Source of the DNA: an uncultured Gammaproteobacteria bacterium
GTDB taxonomy: Bacteria > Patescibacteriota > Patescibacteriia > UBA9934 > GWF2-40-263
Assembly: GCA_964538435.1 (NCBI GenBank)
Contig: CAZIDX010000006.1
Location: 11,923 to 75,922 of the forward strand
Direction of reading: 5' to 3'
DNA: 64,000 nt
The notes beneath the pieces were generated by a model. The model was given only the letters and a program-made list of their open reading frames with translations. It did no database searches and was not told the DNA's origin. The first letter of the stretch is position 1. The number at the start of each line of letters is the position of its first letter. The position numbers and the translations under genes were made by a program. Of this stretch, positions 47,349 through 56,925 are shown piece by piece.

Positions 47349-48481
47349 ACGGTTTGCATTTTGTTTTTGCTTACGATTTCTGCAATCGCATCGTATGCCT
47401 CATCGAGTTCTTCCTGCGTGGTGCTTTTTGAGATCGAGAGGCGGATGTTACCATGAAGGTATTCCATTGGGCACTTGATGGCTTTCATGACATGTGAGAC
47501 GTCTTTTGCACTTGATGAGCATGCTGATCCAGTTGAGACGTAGATACCACGCTTTGAAAGCTCAGACTGAAGCTGCTCACCTTCCATCATTGAGAAAGAG
47601 AGGTTGATGTTGTTGCAAAGCCTTTGATCGCCTTGAGCTCCGTTTACACGCACCCCATTAAGCTTTTCGAGTTTTTCAAGAAAGGCATTGCGTAGCTCAC
47701 TCATCTTTTTCACATCGTCCTGGGAAGCAATCTCAACCGCTTTTGCAAATCCGGTGATTCCGGCGATGTTCTCAGTTGAGCTTCGCAGGTTAAATTCTTG
47801 ACCACCACCATGTAGAAGAGCTTGGATGCTTGTTCCTTTCCTAATAAAGAGTCCCCCCACACCTTTTGGACCGTGGATCTTGTGAGCATTGATTGTCATG
47901 AGGTCTACTGGAATCTGGCTCACATCAATTGGAACTTTGGTGTAGCTTTGGCAGGCGTCTGTGTGAAAAAGAACTTTCTTCTCTTTGCAGATGTTTGCGA
48001 TTGCAGCGAGATCTTGAATCGTTCCGATCTCGTTGTTTGCGTGAATAACAGATACCACGATTGTTTTGTCTGTGATTGCATCTTCTACATCTTTTGTATT
48101 CACAAATCCTTGCTCGTCCACTGGAAGATATGTGACCTTGGCACCACGCGTCTCAAGCCAGCGACATGCATTGAGCACGCAGTCGTGTTCAATCTGGGTT
48201 GTGATGATGTGATTTTTCTCAGGGGCCATTTGAAAGAAGAGGCCTTTGAGTGTGAGGTTGTTTGCCTCTGTCCCGCTTCCGGTAAACACAATTTCTGACG
48301 GGTCTGCTTTGATTGAATCTGCAATTGCTTTGCGTGCAGTGCTCAGAGCTTCTTTAGCTTCGAGGCCTTTTGCGTGTACTGAAGATGCGTTCGCAAAAAA
48401 CTCAGACCAAAACAGCTGCATTGCTTTTTCTACAGCTGGGTCAACAGCTGTAGTGGCTGCGTTGTCAAGATAGATGTTCAT
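47345..48481 (-). CDS. iscS: Cysteine desulfurase (IscS/NifS group I)
   Basis: YLDNAATT, FTGSGTEANN, HTDACQ, AHKIHGPKGVG and STGSACSS. Confidence 0.93.
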   Translation of the reverse strand: MNIYLDNAATTAVDPAVEKAMQLFWSEFFANASSVHAKGLEAKEALSTARKAIADSIKADPSEIVFTGSGTEANNLTLKGLFFQMAPEKNHIITTQIEHDCVLNACRWLETRGAKVTYLPVDEQGFVNTKDVEDAITDKTIVVSVIHANNEIGTIQDLAAIANICKEKKVLFHTDACQSYTKVPIDVSQIPVDLMTINAHKIHGPKGVGGLFIRKGTSIQALLHGGGQEFNLRSSTENIAGITGFAKAVEIASQDDVKKMSELRNAFLEKLEKLNGVRVNGAQGDQRLCNNINLSFSMMEGEQLQSELSKRGIYVSTGSACSSSAKDVSHVMKAIKCPMEYLHGNIRLSISKSTTQEELDEAYDAIAEIVSKNKMQTV

Positions 48482-49215
48482 ACTTTTCCTAGGTCAAAAC
48501 TTGTTACGACTTTGTCCTCGAGAAGGTAGACGTTCATGATGTCGGTACCTGAGTAAAAATGTTCTGCGACTACACGCCCTTTCTCGATGGCAAAGTAGTT
48601 TGGAATGTTGTCCTCGTTTGCGAGGTCAACGTAATAGAAGTTTAAACTTGAATCGAACCCACGCCTCTTCATCTGCTGTGCGTACGCGGCCATGATGAGT
48701 GGACATGCTGCGATTCCGTATTTGTCGTTTGGATTTGGGCGGGAGAGCGTAATCTTTCTTCCGTCTTCTGGGTTTACGAACCAGTAGGCACCTTCTGAGA
48801 GTTCGATGTGTTCATATTCTTCTTTGATCTTTTTGAGCATTTCCTTTTTTCCCTTGTTACGCAGACTCTTTTCCCAAAAGACAACCACGTCCTGCTCATC
48901 AATGTTATGGTTGGTAAGAATCTCTTTGTACTCATCTGGAAGTGAAAAGATCTCTTTTGCTTTTTCAGGGTCAATGGTGCACACCTGCTTTTTTGCATCA
49001 CAGACCCCACCCATGTTGTTTACCAAAATTCCAAGTCCAACTTGTTTGTCGTTTCCTCGAGCTTGTACATAGGCCTCGACTGCGTTTTCGAATGATTCAA
49101 TGGTTCCTGTGTTGAGGTTTGGAGATCCGTCTTCGAGGATCATGAAGTGCCCACCTGTAATGATGGTGTGGTCTTTGATTTTACTTGAGAATAGGGAAGT
49201 GTCTGCTTTGGTCAT
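48478..49215 (-). CDS. Hypothetical protein, possibly HUP/class-I-synthetase-like fold
   Basis: IITGGHF, LGILVNNMG, VVVFWEKSLRN and ACPLIMAA; first gene of the operon. The fold is an inference. Confidence 0.6.
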   Translation of the reverse strand: MTKADTSLFSSKIKDHTIITGGHFMILEDGSPNLNTGTIESFENAVEAYVQARGNDKQVGLGILVNNMGGVCDAKKQVCTIDPEKAKEIFSLPDEYKEILTNHNIDEQDVVVFWEKSLRNKGKKEMLKKIKEEYEHIELSEGAYWFVNPEDGRKITLSRPNPNDKYGIAACPLIMAAYAQQMKRRGFDSSLNFYYVDLANEDNIPNYFAIEKGRVVAEHFYSGTDIMNVYLLEDKVVTSFDLGKV

Positions 49216-49345
49216 ATATTGATTGTATCGAAGTGAGTATACACTATTTTGGGGGTTTTGTCAATGCTAATTGCAAGTTCTTACTTGACTCTTCTTGACA
49301 AACGTCAATATTTATGATATTGTTAATGCAGATTGTTAATTTTGT

Positions 49346-50344
49346 ATGTCTGAATCTGCTACAGTGCTCATTGATGAGCTCGACAAAAAAATCCTGGGGC
49401 TCCTGGATCAGGACGGGCGTATGCCCGCAGTTAAAATTGCAGAGCGTATTGGTGTTTCTCGTCAGGTTGTGAGTCAGCGAATACAAAAACTTGAAGAGCG
49501 AGGAGTGATCCTTGGTCATTATACGATTTTTGATAGTGGGGTGGTTGGGTATAACTGGTATCGTGTGCTGATCCGACTTCTGAATGCCTCCAAGTCACAA
49601 AAACAAGAGTTTCTGGATTATCTCACAACCCATGAACATGTGACTTGGCTTGGTGAGGTTGGTGGTAGATGGGATATTGCAGTGAACTTTGCTTGTGCGA
49701 GCCCTTCGGAGTTCAACACTGTCTACGAAGAGATTTCTGTGAAGTTTGGACCGATTGTGAAGGATGTTGAAGTGCTTGTGTATGTTGATATCTACGATTA
49801 CTCACGAACATATTTTGACCCTGAAGACAGCACTCGAAAACGATTCTTTCATCAAATGTCATCGGGTGGACAAGTGGAAATCGATGCGTTTGATAAAAAA
49901 CTTATTAAGGTGATTGCACAGAATGCACGACTCGATAACACCGCGCTTGGAGCTGAGCTTGGGGTCACACGCAACACGGTGAAGAATCGAATTGATCGGC
50001 TGATTGAGAAAAAAGTCATTCTTGGATTTCGTACCTTTGTTGATTTGAAGAAACTGGGGTACGAGTCGAATATGCTCTTTTTGCAGATCAACCGCATGGA
50101 TCGTGAGCGTGAGACAGAACTCTATTTATACCTACAACTCCTGACACAAGTCTCGTTCGTGGTAAAGCATATTGGAAAGTGGAAGGTGGGGCTTGAGATC
50201 GAGACCAAGGACTCACACGAGTTTCAAGAACTGCTTCTCAATCTTCGTTCAGAGTTCAGTGATCTGATTAGCGACTATGACACCTTCCCACTTCTGAAAG
50301 ACTATGCGATCAACTACTTCCCAGATGGAGTGCTTGTGAAATAG
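49346..50344 (+). CDS. Tandem (double) Lrp/AsnC transcriptional regulator
   Basis: Two HTH+RAM units (IDELDKKIL..L..DGR / IDAFDKKLI..I..NAR); divergent from the operon. Confidence 0.9.
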   Translation: MSESATVLIDELDKKILGLLDQDGRMPAVKIAERIGVSRQVVSQRIQKLEERGVILGHYTIFDSGVVGYNWYRVLIRLLNASKSQKQEFLDYLTTHEHVTWLGEVGGRWDIAVNFACASPSEFNTVYEEISVKFGPIVKDVEVLVYVDIYDYSRTYFDPEDSTRKRFFHQMSSGGQVEIDAFDKKLIKVIAQNARLDNTALGAELGVTRNTVKNRIDRLIEKKVILGFRTFVDLKKLGYESNMLFLQINRMDRERETELYLYLQLLTQVSFVVKHIGKWKVGLEIETKDSHEFQELLLNLRSEFSDLISDYDTFPLLKDYAINYFPDGVLVK

Positions 50345-50371
50345 AAACACCCCGCCGGAGTACGGTCGGGG

Positions 50372-50791
50372 TTAGGTACTGAGTAAGGCCGCGGCTTCGC
50401 GACCTTTGTGCGTGAGTGTGTAGACGTAGCGAATCTTTACACCACCACCCTTGAAGCCACTAAGAGACGTTGGTGGGTCAGCAGCGATCTTTCCGTTTAT
50501 CTGTCCTTCGCGCAGCATGCGATCGAGAGTTCGATGGAACAGACGTCCGTCTCGCAGGAGTCCGCCGGATTTTTCTGCGAGCTCACTGGCCGTGCACTCC
50601 TCTTCGGACGCACTCACGATTCGCAGGACGATCTCGTGCGAGCGTGGGTAGATCACGTTGCTCCAAGCGAAATCGAGAACCCGCCGTACGATGAGGATCC
50701 AGCTGATCATGAGAACCATGCTCACACCAGCAGAGAGCAGAGCTGCGAGTGTGGCCAAGCCCAGAAGAACCTGAGTTGCTTGGGTATCCAT
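50372..50791 (-). CDS. Hypothetical membrane-anchored winged-helix (PadR-like) protein
   Basis: N-terminal TM, ASELAEKSG...L.R.L.RM..EG.I and Y.YTLT.KGR; AGGAG/GGGAG SD. Confidence 0.6.
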   Translation of the reverse strand: MDTQATQVLLGLATLAALLSAGVSMVLMISWILIVRRVLDFAWSNVIYPRSHEIVLRIVSASEEECTASELAEKSGGLLRDGRLFHRTLDRMLREGQINGKIAADPPTSLSGFKGGGVKIRYVYTLTHKGREAAALLST

Positions 50792-50844
50792 GTGGATCTC
50801 CCTTCTCCTTCGCTCAAGCTTTATCTAAATTCAAACTATTGTCA

Positions 50845-50870
50845 ATCCCGACGCTTCGGTCGGGATGAAT
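50845..50870. repeat. REP-like hairpin (ATCCCGAC family)
   Basis: ATCCCGAC-gcttcg-GTCGGGATGAAT. Confidence 0.7.
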
Positions 50871-50921
50871 AGAAAAAGCCCGATTCCAGAGGAATGGGCC
50901 TGTTGGCGGAGCCGAGCTTGG

Positions 50922-51563
50922 CTAACCGCCGCGGGAGGAGGTCTTGAGCTTGCCACCGACGTTGGTGTGGGTGTGCCAGGTGGTGACTGGTCGAGCACCG
51001 TGAGCACCGTAGCGCTTCACGGTCTTGGTCTCGATCTGCTCTCCATCCTTGAGCTGCTTGAAGTCCTCGAGAGTGGCGTGCGGCACGAGCGTGCCTGCGT
51101 TGTAGGCTTGCACGTGACTACTGTCTTCCGAGTACCCCTTCTTGTAGATCACGATCCCATCGGGCACAGGCGCGAGAGCATCGAGCTTCTCGAGCAAGAT
51201 GCTGGACTTGAGCGAGGAGTGGAAGATGCCGACGATGGTGAACATCGGGGCCCAGCCACACCAGCCATTGCACTTGCCGACCGGACGGATCTTCATCTGC
51301 GTCTTGTGAGGCTGGTGCCTTGGGTGCGGGGACAGCTCAGAGATCACCTGCTTGACCTCGTAGTGCTTGCCGCGGTAGCAGACCAGGTGCGGCCTGCCTA
51401 CGCGTGTCCGGCTGACACGGATGCGGTCACGCGGATCGAGAGCCTCGACGGCCGTGGGGTCGTACATGGCTGAGCGACCGTGGTCGAGGAGGAACTGATG
51501 CATGGCCGAGCGGGAGTGGTGACACTGGTCACCGACTTTCGCAGGCTTGGGTTGACGGGTCAT
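50922..51563 (-). CDS. Hypothetical basic, His-rich protein
   Basis: TTGACA-17-TACTCT promoter, AAGGTG SD and downstream terminator support the minus-strand ORF. Confidence 0.7.
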   Translation of the reverse strand: MTRQPKPAKVGDQCHHSRSAMHQFLLDHGRSAMYDPTAVEALDPRDRIRVSRTRVGRPHLVCYRGKHYEVKQVISELSPHPRHQPHKTQMKIRPVGKCNGWCGWAPMFTIVGIFHSSLKSSILLEKLDALAPVPDGIVIYKKGYSEDSSHVQAYNAGTLVPHATLEDFKQLKDGEQIETKTVKRYGAHGARPVTTWHTHTNVGGKLKTSSRGG

Positions 51564-51667
51564 GATTCACCTTGGGCTGCCAGGAAGTCTTAGCAGACGA
51601 TGCAGAGTAGCGTAAAAACAGACATTTGTCAACACAAAAACCCCTCAGGCTTGCTGAGAGGTTTTTA

Positions 51668-51743
51668 TGGTAGCCCGAGCAGGACTCGAACCTGCAACCT
51701 TGAGTTTAGAACACTCCTGCTCTTCCAGTTGAGCTATCGGGCC
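51668..51743 (-). tRNA. tRNA-Arg(TCT)
   Basis: GGCCCGA/TCGGGCT acceptor stem, GAGT-GTTCTAA-ACTC anticodon arm, GCAGG-TTCGAGT-CCTGC T arm, CCA end. Confidence 0.93.
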
Positions 51744-51784
51744 AGATGTGGCACGGGCGAGAATACCAGAAAAATGTGTTTTTG

Positions 51785-52711
51785 TCAATCGTCTTTGCGT
51801 TTTTTGCCGTGGTACTTTTTGTGCACTTCTTTCATTTTGTTATTTGTAATGTGGGTGTAGATTTGGGTGGTTGTGATGGATGCGTGACCAAGCAAGGATT
51901 GTACTGAGCGGATGTCTGCGCCATTTAAGAGAAGATCTGTAGCAAAGGTGTGGCGCAGAGTGTGTGGTGTTATATGTTTTGTGATGCCGGATGCTTTTGA
52001 GTAGCGCTCGACTAGGCGCTGGATTGATCGTGGAGTGAGTGGGCCTGCGTTGTCTCGACCACCTTTGGCGCGGTCGTGTGAGACAAACAGATACTCTGAT
52101 AGGTCCCGGCGCTTGCCTAAGTATTCTGTTAGAGAATCGCGCGCTGTTGAAGAGAGAAATACAATGCGAGGCTTGTCGCCTTTTCCTCTAATAGTGAATT
52201 CTTCTCGTTTGAGATTGATTTGCTCGATCTTGAGGCTTGAAATCTCAGACACGCGCATACCGGTTGAGAAGAGGAGTTCGAGTACTGCTGTGTCACGAAG
52301 AGCCACCAAGCCGCTACTGATTCGCTTTGGGGCCTTGAGTAAGCGATCTAGTTCTTCGATTTCGAGAAACTCGACTGTACGAATTTCTTGTTTTGCGAGT
52401 TCGATCTTTTCTGGGGCCAGTGAGACGATATCTTGCTTTGAGAGGTACTTTAAAAATGATCGCAAGGCAATGAGGTGGTAGTTCTGTGTGCTCTTTTTTA
52501 GCTGCTCTCCATCTCGACCAACAACTGAGCGGTTAAGCCAGAGCCTGTACTTTCGCACCATCTCTCCGGTTATTTTTGCTGGCTCTGGGTTTTTTGCGTA
52601 CTCCTGAAATCTTCGCAAATAAAAATCGTAGTTTCGGATTGTTCGCGAAGAGCGACCGCGCTCGACTTCGAGGTATTCTAGAAACTGTGTAATGAGTTTT
52701 GAGATGGTCAT
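51785..52711 (-). CDS. XerC/XerD-family tyrosine recombinase
   Basis: FL.YL..ERG.S..T..NY, RD.A.LELLFSTGMRVSE, GKG.K.R, TPHTLRHTFAT.LL.NGADIR and LGHASI.TTQIYT. Confidence 0.95.
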   Translation of the reverse strand: MTISKLITQFLEYLEVERGRSSRTIRNYDFYLRRFQEYAKNPEPAKITGEMVRKYRLWLNRSVVGRDGEQLKKSTQNYHLIALRSFLKYLSKQDIVSLAPEKIELAKQEIRTVEFLEIEELDRLLKAPKRISSGLVALRDTAVLELLFSTGMRVSEISSLKIEQINLKREEFTIRGKGDKPRIVFLSSTARDSLTEYLGKRRDLSEYLFVSHDRAKGGRDNAGPLTPRSIQRLVERYSKASGITKHITPHTLRHTFATDLLLNGADIRSVQSLLGHASITTTQIYTHITNNKMKEVHKKYHGKKRKDD

Positions 52712-52802
52712 ACGCTCATATTATACGACACTTCTTGGATGAAAGCACTTGTTGATAGATTGCGTTTTCTGCTCACGGGCGCTGTGATACGATATCCAAG
52801 CT

Positions 52803-53189
52803 ATGCACCCAAAGACACTGCACCCAATGCTCGTCTTTAGCATCCTTGTGATGCTTTGTTTTTCGTGTTTGCTTTCTGTGCAGAGCGTCAATTGTGCATC
52901 ATCCTCGCTCTCGTTTCTAGCTGGCCCAGCAGGTGGTGTGTGTATGGCAGAGCAGACGACTCCGGCATCGCGATCAATAGACTCTCATCGAAGCCAGAGC
53001 GCTGTGATGCCAACCTTGCTGGTTCTCTTGGGTCTTTGCGCGCTTTGCAGTTGTTTTTCTAGGCGTATTTTGAAAACGGATCTTTACTTCTCATTTTGGA
53101 AACGTTGCATTGAACCACTTCTTGGGCGGACAGGCCCGATTCCGAGAAAAACCTTTATTCCAGAGATGTTTGCAACCCATGGCTTGTGA
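52803..53189 (+). CDS. Hypothetical small membrane protein upstream of dsbA
   Basis: Two hydrophobic segments, several Cys, ATG 9 nt after TACGAT. Confidence 0.55.
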   Translation: MHPKTLHPMLVFSILVMLCFSCLLSVQSVNCASSSLSFLAGPAGGVCMAEQTTPASRSIDSHRSQSAVMPTLLVLLGLCALCSCFSRRILKTDLYFSFWKRCIEPLLGRTGPIPRKTFIPEMFATHGL

Positions 53190-53234
53190 TGATACGGTTG
53201 CACCCAATCGGAATTAATAACGTAACCGCTATTT

Positions 53235-54005
53235 ATGGAATCATCACATTCTAAAAAGAAAGGCTTGTTTGAAGTTTTGGAGGCAAAGCAAGCATTTTGG
53301 CTCGGATTTATCACAGCCGTGCTCGCTATCGGAACCCTTGGGTTCGTTATCCTTGGTTCATGTGTATTAAAGGGTGAGTGCGCTGTTGAAGGCGTTGCTC
53401 TTGCAGATGCAGAGGACACCGTTGAGGCAGATGAAGCAGACGATGTTGCTCCTGTTGCTGACGCGCAGCCAACTGGAGCTGTTCCTGTTGTTAGTGAGGA
53501 TGACCACATCCGAGGAGATATCAATGCTCCGATCACCATTATTGAGTATTCAGACTTTGAATGCCCGTACTGCACAAACTTCCACCAGAACACCATGCTC
53601 AAGGTTATGGAAGAGTATGATGGACAGGTCAGGTGGGTTTACCGACACTTCCCACTTTCATTCCACCCAGAGGCTGGCCCAGCTGCAATGGCATCAGAGT
53701 GTGCTGCGGATCAGGACATGTTCTGGGAGTATGCTGACGAGCTTGTTGAGAACTCAGACAACCTAGGGGACGATGTTTACACTGAGATCGCAACAACTGT
53801 TGGGCTTGATGTGGCCACATGGCAGGACTGCTATGACAATGAGACCTATGCTGACAAGGTTGGTGAGCAGGCAACGGCAGGAGCCAAGGCTGGTGTGAGC
53901 GGAACTCCAGGATCATTCATTATCGACCAGGAAGGAAACGCTGTACCTATTAAGGGAGCGCTTCCATTTGAATCAGTGGCAGCTGCTATTGATGAGATGC
54001 TCTAA
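53235..54005 (+). CDS. dsbA: DsbA-family thiol-disulfide oxidoreductase, membrane anchored
   Basis: DHIRG...APITIIEYSDFECPYC, YRHFPL..H and GVSGTP. Confidence 0.92.
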   Translation: MESSHSKKKGLFEVLEAKQAFWLGFITAVLAIGTLGFVILGSCVLKGECAVEGVALADAEDTVEADEADDVAPVADAQPTGAVPVVSEDDHIRGDINAPITIIEYSDFECPYCTNFHQNTMLKVMEEYDGQVRWVYRHFPLSFHPEAGPAAMASECAADQDMFWEYADELVENSDNLGDDVYTEIATTVGLDVATWQDCYDNETYADKVGEQATAGAKAGVSGTPGSFIIDQEGNAVPIKGALPFESVAAAIDEML

Positions 54006-54053
54006 AGAGAAATTAAAAACAGACCTCAAATGGGGTCTGTTTTGTTTTTGTGT

Positions 54054-54740
54054 TTAGCTAATTAGCAGCCAGCCGATGTAGAAGAGAGTTGCGTCTACAA
54101 GTGCGTGACTGAGCCAGGGGCCGAGTAGGGAGCCTGTTTTTTTATAGATGAGTGACCAGATGGCACCACCTACACCGACCAGTGATCCAAAGAGCAGTGT
54201 GAGCTCGATGGAGAAAAACTGTGAGAGGATTACGAAGTGATGGAGAGAGAAGAGTGCAGCGCCAAGGATGATGGCAAAGACGGGTGTTAGTCTTGTTTGG
54301 AGTCCGCCGACTACATACCAACGCCAGAAGTATTCTTCAAATAGTGAGTGGACCAAGCTAACTGCGATGGCTGCTAAAAGATAGTACTCGAGGATTCCAA
54401 AGTCTTTTACTTTTTGCGTGATGTTTGGAGCGAATTCGAGGAACTGTGCTTGGAAGATGATAAAGACTCCGTAGATGAGTGCGCTGATCAGGACACCTGA
54501 GAGAAGACCTAACAGAAGAGATGTGCTGGTGTTTTTCTTGAGTGAAAATTGTGGGAGACGAAATGCAAGATAAGCAAGAGTGACGGGCGCTAAGAGCATT
54601 ACGAGCTTTGTGAATGCATACAAAGGCTGCACTACGCTTGGGTCACTGAAAACTGTGAAATACAACACTCCTCCAGCAAACTGAACAAAGAGAGTGAGGA
54701 GGAATAGATTCCAGAGTGTTTGTGATCGTGTGCGTTTCAT
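54054..54740 (-). CDS. CPBP (Abi/CAAX) intramembrane metalloprotease
   Basis: EEYFWR, FSLHH and SH...D motifs; ATG 6 nt after TATACT. Confidence 0.9.
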   Translation of the reverse strand: MKRTRSQTLWNLFLLTLFVQFAGGVLYFTVFSDPSVVQPLYAFTKLVMLLAPVTLAYLAFRLPQFSLKKNTSTSLLLGLLSGVLISALIYGVFIIFQAQFLEFAPNITQKVKDFGILEYYLLAAIAVSLVHSLFEEYFWRWYVVGGLQTRLTPVFAIILGAALFSLHHFVILSQFFSIELTLLFGSLVGVGGAIWSLIYKKTGSLLGPWLSHALVDATLFYIGWLLIS

Positions 54741-54789
54741 ATGATTAGTATAGCAGGGAATAGAAAAACCCCGGTCCGTGGACCTGGGT

Positions 54790-55779
54790 TTACGTTTGCT
54801 TGTGCTTTGCAATGCACTGCATGTGCTCGAGTCTGTAGGATGGTCTTGGATGAGCTCGAATTGCAAGTGTGGGAACTTGAATGCAACCACACACGAACGC
54901 GATGTACACAAGGAATTGTGCCAACCCGTCGAGAAACCCGACCCCGATCATTGTGAAGGCGAGTAGGAGCACTACCACCCCTAGCAGCAACCCTGAGCTC
55001 ACACGCTCCAGACTCCTGTGTTCTTGCCCAAGCAATTCTCGAATACTGTTGTATGGTAGCCCCATCCCATTCTGGAGCATGACTTGCGCTGCATATCCAT
55101 CTGCTGCGAATTCGACCAACTGGCTCTGAATTCCCGTGAGAGAACGTGCAAGCACAACGTATACAAGCAACAGACAAACAACCACCAGAATGGCAGGATC
55201 GAAATCACCGCCTATTACCCCCATAAGAACAAGGGGGATAATGAATGGGATCAAGCTTGTCCGAAGTTTGGGAAACCACATCTTGGAGTGTGCGTGTTCG
55301 TGAACGAGTGTGAACAGCTGGATGTCTTCAGGAAGTCTTTTGAACCTCTCGGAGATGTTGATTGTAGGTATTCGCCAGAAGCCTCTTCGACTGAACCCCG
55401 CAATGAATGGAGCGCCTGATGTAAACGCGTATCCCACAGTGCTCAACCCAACACCTTCTAGCAGACCCGCGACCATCTTGCGGTCACCCCCTTTGAGTGT
55501 AGAGTTCCTGTTTGGCACTGCCTGAATACTGGACAGCAAGACCTCGACGAGCGGAATCATCAGAACAACCCCACCTGTGAGATAGTTCACCATGTCAAGT
55601 TGTACCCAAATCTCAGGGGTTAGGAACACATTGATCTCAGTGCTAGCTTGCGCAGACAGAGTAATGAGCACCAAGCTGATTAGCACTAGATAACTCAGCA
55701 TGAGCCCGGCCAGGCCTGTGAGCCAGACAAGGACGTTCACCCCCCAAAAGGTTCTGGGGAGAAGACGGACAAAAAACAT
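54790..55779 (-). CDS. M48/M56-like membrane zinc metallopeptidase
   Basis: LVHEHAH, EFAADGYA, HP....RL and several TM segments; GGAGGT SD. Confidence 0.8.
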   Translation of the reverse strand: MFFVRLLPRTFWGVNVLVWLTGLAGLMLSYLVLISLVLITLSAQASTEINVFLTPEIWVQLDMVNYLTGGVVLMIPLVEVLLSSIQAVPNRNSTLKGGDRKMVAGLLEGVGLSTVGYAFTSGAPFIAGFSRRGFWRIPTINISERFKRLPEDIQLFTLVHEHAHSKMWFPKLRTSLIPFIIPLVLMGVIGGDFDPAILVVVCLLLVYVVLARSLTGIQSQLVEFAADGYAAQVMLQNGMGLPYNSIRELLGQEHRSLERVSSGLLLGVVVLLLAFTMIGVGFLDGLAQFLVYIAFVCGCIQVPTLAIRAHPRPSYRLEHMQCIAKHKQT

Positions 55780-55865
55780 CTTCACCACCTCCAACACAAC
55801 AACCTATTCTGAAGTCGGTATTTTGTCAATAGAAAACCCGAGTCGAAGCTCGGGTTTGCGCTGGC

Positions 55866-56852
55866 CTAATTTGCCTTGATGTTTGGCATGAGGCCGGGGA
55901 TGTTGACTGGCGGCTGCTCGACCCCTTCGAGATCGTCAGGGTCGATGCAGAGATTCCAGTGCGTGTGCTGTGTTGCTGTCTCTTCGTCAATGCCGAAGAC
56001 CAGGCACAGATGATCGATCTGCTCGTCGATGCGCTTGCGCATCTTCTTACTTGTGGTCACCTTGCCACGCTCTCTCCAGAGCTGGCGCACGCGTGCGCGC
56101 ACCACGATCTCTTCGCGTCCCTTGAGGACATCAGCGACGTATCGAGTGACCGTCTCTTCGACATACTCACGGAAGGCGAAGGAGGGTTCAGGGAGCTGGA
56201 AGTAGATGATGCGCAGAGCACCGTTGTCCTGTGCCTGCTTGAAGGCAAGTGACTTCTTGCTCTCGGGTGCGAAGACGAGCCCCACACATCCAGGTTGGTA
56301 GCGCCTGATGTTGACCTTGGCCACCTTGGCGATGGTGTCGTTGATGGCCCTGTCATACTCGTCGAGCAGACGCCCCTCTTCAGGGGCGACAGCCAGAGCG
56401 TTGTAGAGGCCAGCTCCGGCAGCGACTAGGTCTTTTGCGATCAGATCACCAAGCTGGCGACCATGATTGGATCCGCTGGGTCCTGAGTAGAAGAGAAAGT
56501 GCTCGAAGCCCTCGTCTTCTTCGTCGATGCCCAGCTCCTCGGCGTTTTCGATGACCGCTTCGAAGTCATAGCGGAAACTGTAGACTCCAAGCGGCGCATC
56601 TTCGAGCCACTCGGGGGTGATGTGATCACTGAGACTCTTCAGAAAATCCGCAGCAGCCTCTGGAACCAGAGCCGTTCCAACCGTCTTCTCTCCACCCTCG
56701 CCAGGGAGCACCACCACGATGAAGAACGCGTTGTGTGCTGGCACCTCTTCCAGATCGTCTTCTGATTCCTCCCCTCCATCAACAGCCATCTGAAGCAGCT
56801 CGGCTTCCTCGTCTGTAGGAGCACGAAGCTCGGTTTCTGCATTGCTTGGCAT
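55866..56852 (-). CDS. Hypothetical acidic protein
   Basis: TTGACG-17-TAGTTT promoter, GAGGTG SD and terminator; weak resemblance to the 7.4-11.1 kb family. Confidence 0.75.
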   Translation of the reverse strand: MPSNAETELRAPTDEEAELLQMAVDGGEESEDDLEEVPAHNAFFIVVVLPGEGGEKTVGTALVPEAAADFLKSLSDHITPEWLEDAPLGVYSFRYDFEAVIENAEELGIDEEDEGFEHFLFYSGPSGSNHGRQLGDLIAKDLVAAGAGLYNALAVAPEEGRLLDEYDRAINDTIAKVAKVNIRRYQPGCVGLVFAPESKKSLAFKQAQDNGALRIIYFQLPEPSFAFREYVEETVTRYVADVLKGREEIVVRARVRQLWRERGKVTTSKKMRKRIDEQIDHLCLVFGIDEETATQHTHWNLCIDPDDLEGVEQPPVNIPGLMPNIKAN

Positions 56853-56925
56853 TGAGCACCTCACTATCAGTGTGCTAAACAAAACTACCAGCCTGGCTGG
56901 TAGTCGTCAAATGTCTAGGTTGATT

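Noticed and set aside
50865-51473. Plus-strand 202-aa ORF and similar long antisense ORFs (12996..13817, 58800..59510, 61364..62122)
   Set aside because: They are shadows of genes on the opposite strand, which carry the promoter, SD and terminator signals or clear homology; one spans a tRNA.
51668-52711. Integrative element at tRNA-Arg(TCT) driven by the adjacent recombinase
   Set aside because: The protein has housekeeping XerC/D features and core-type expression signals. I found no duplicated tRNA-Arg 3' end in the window.
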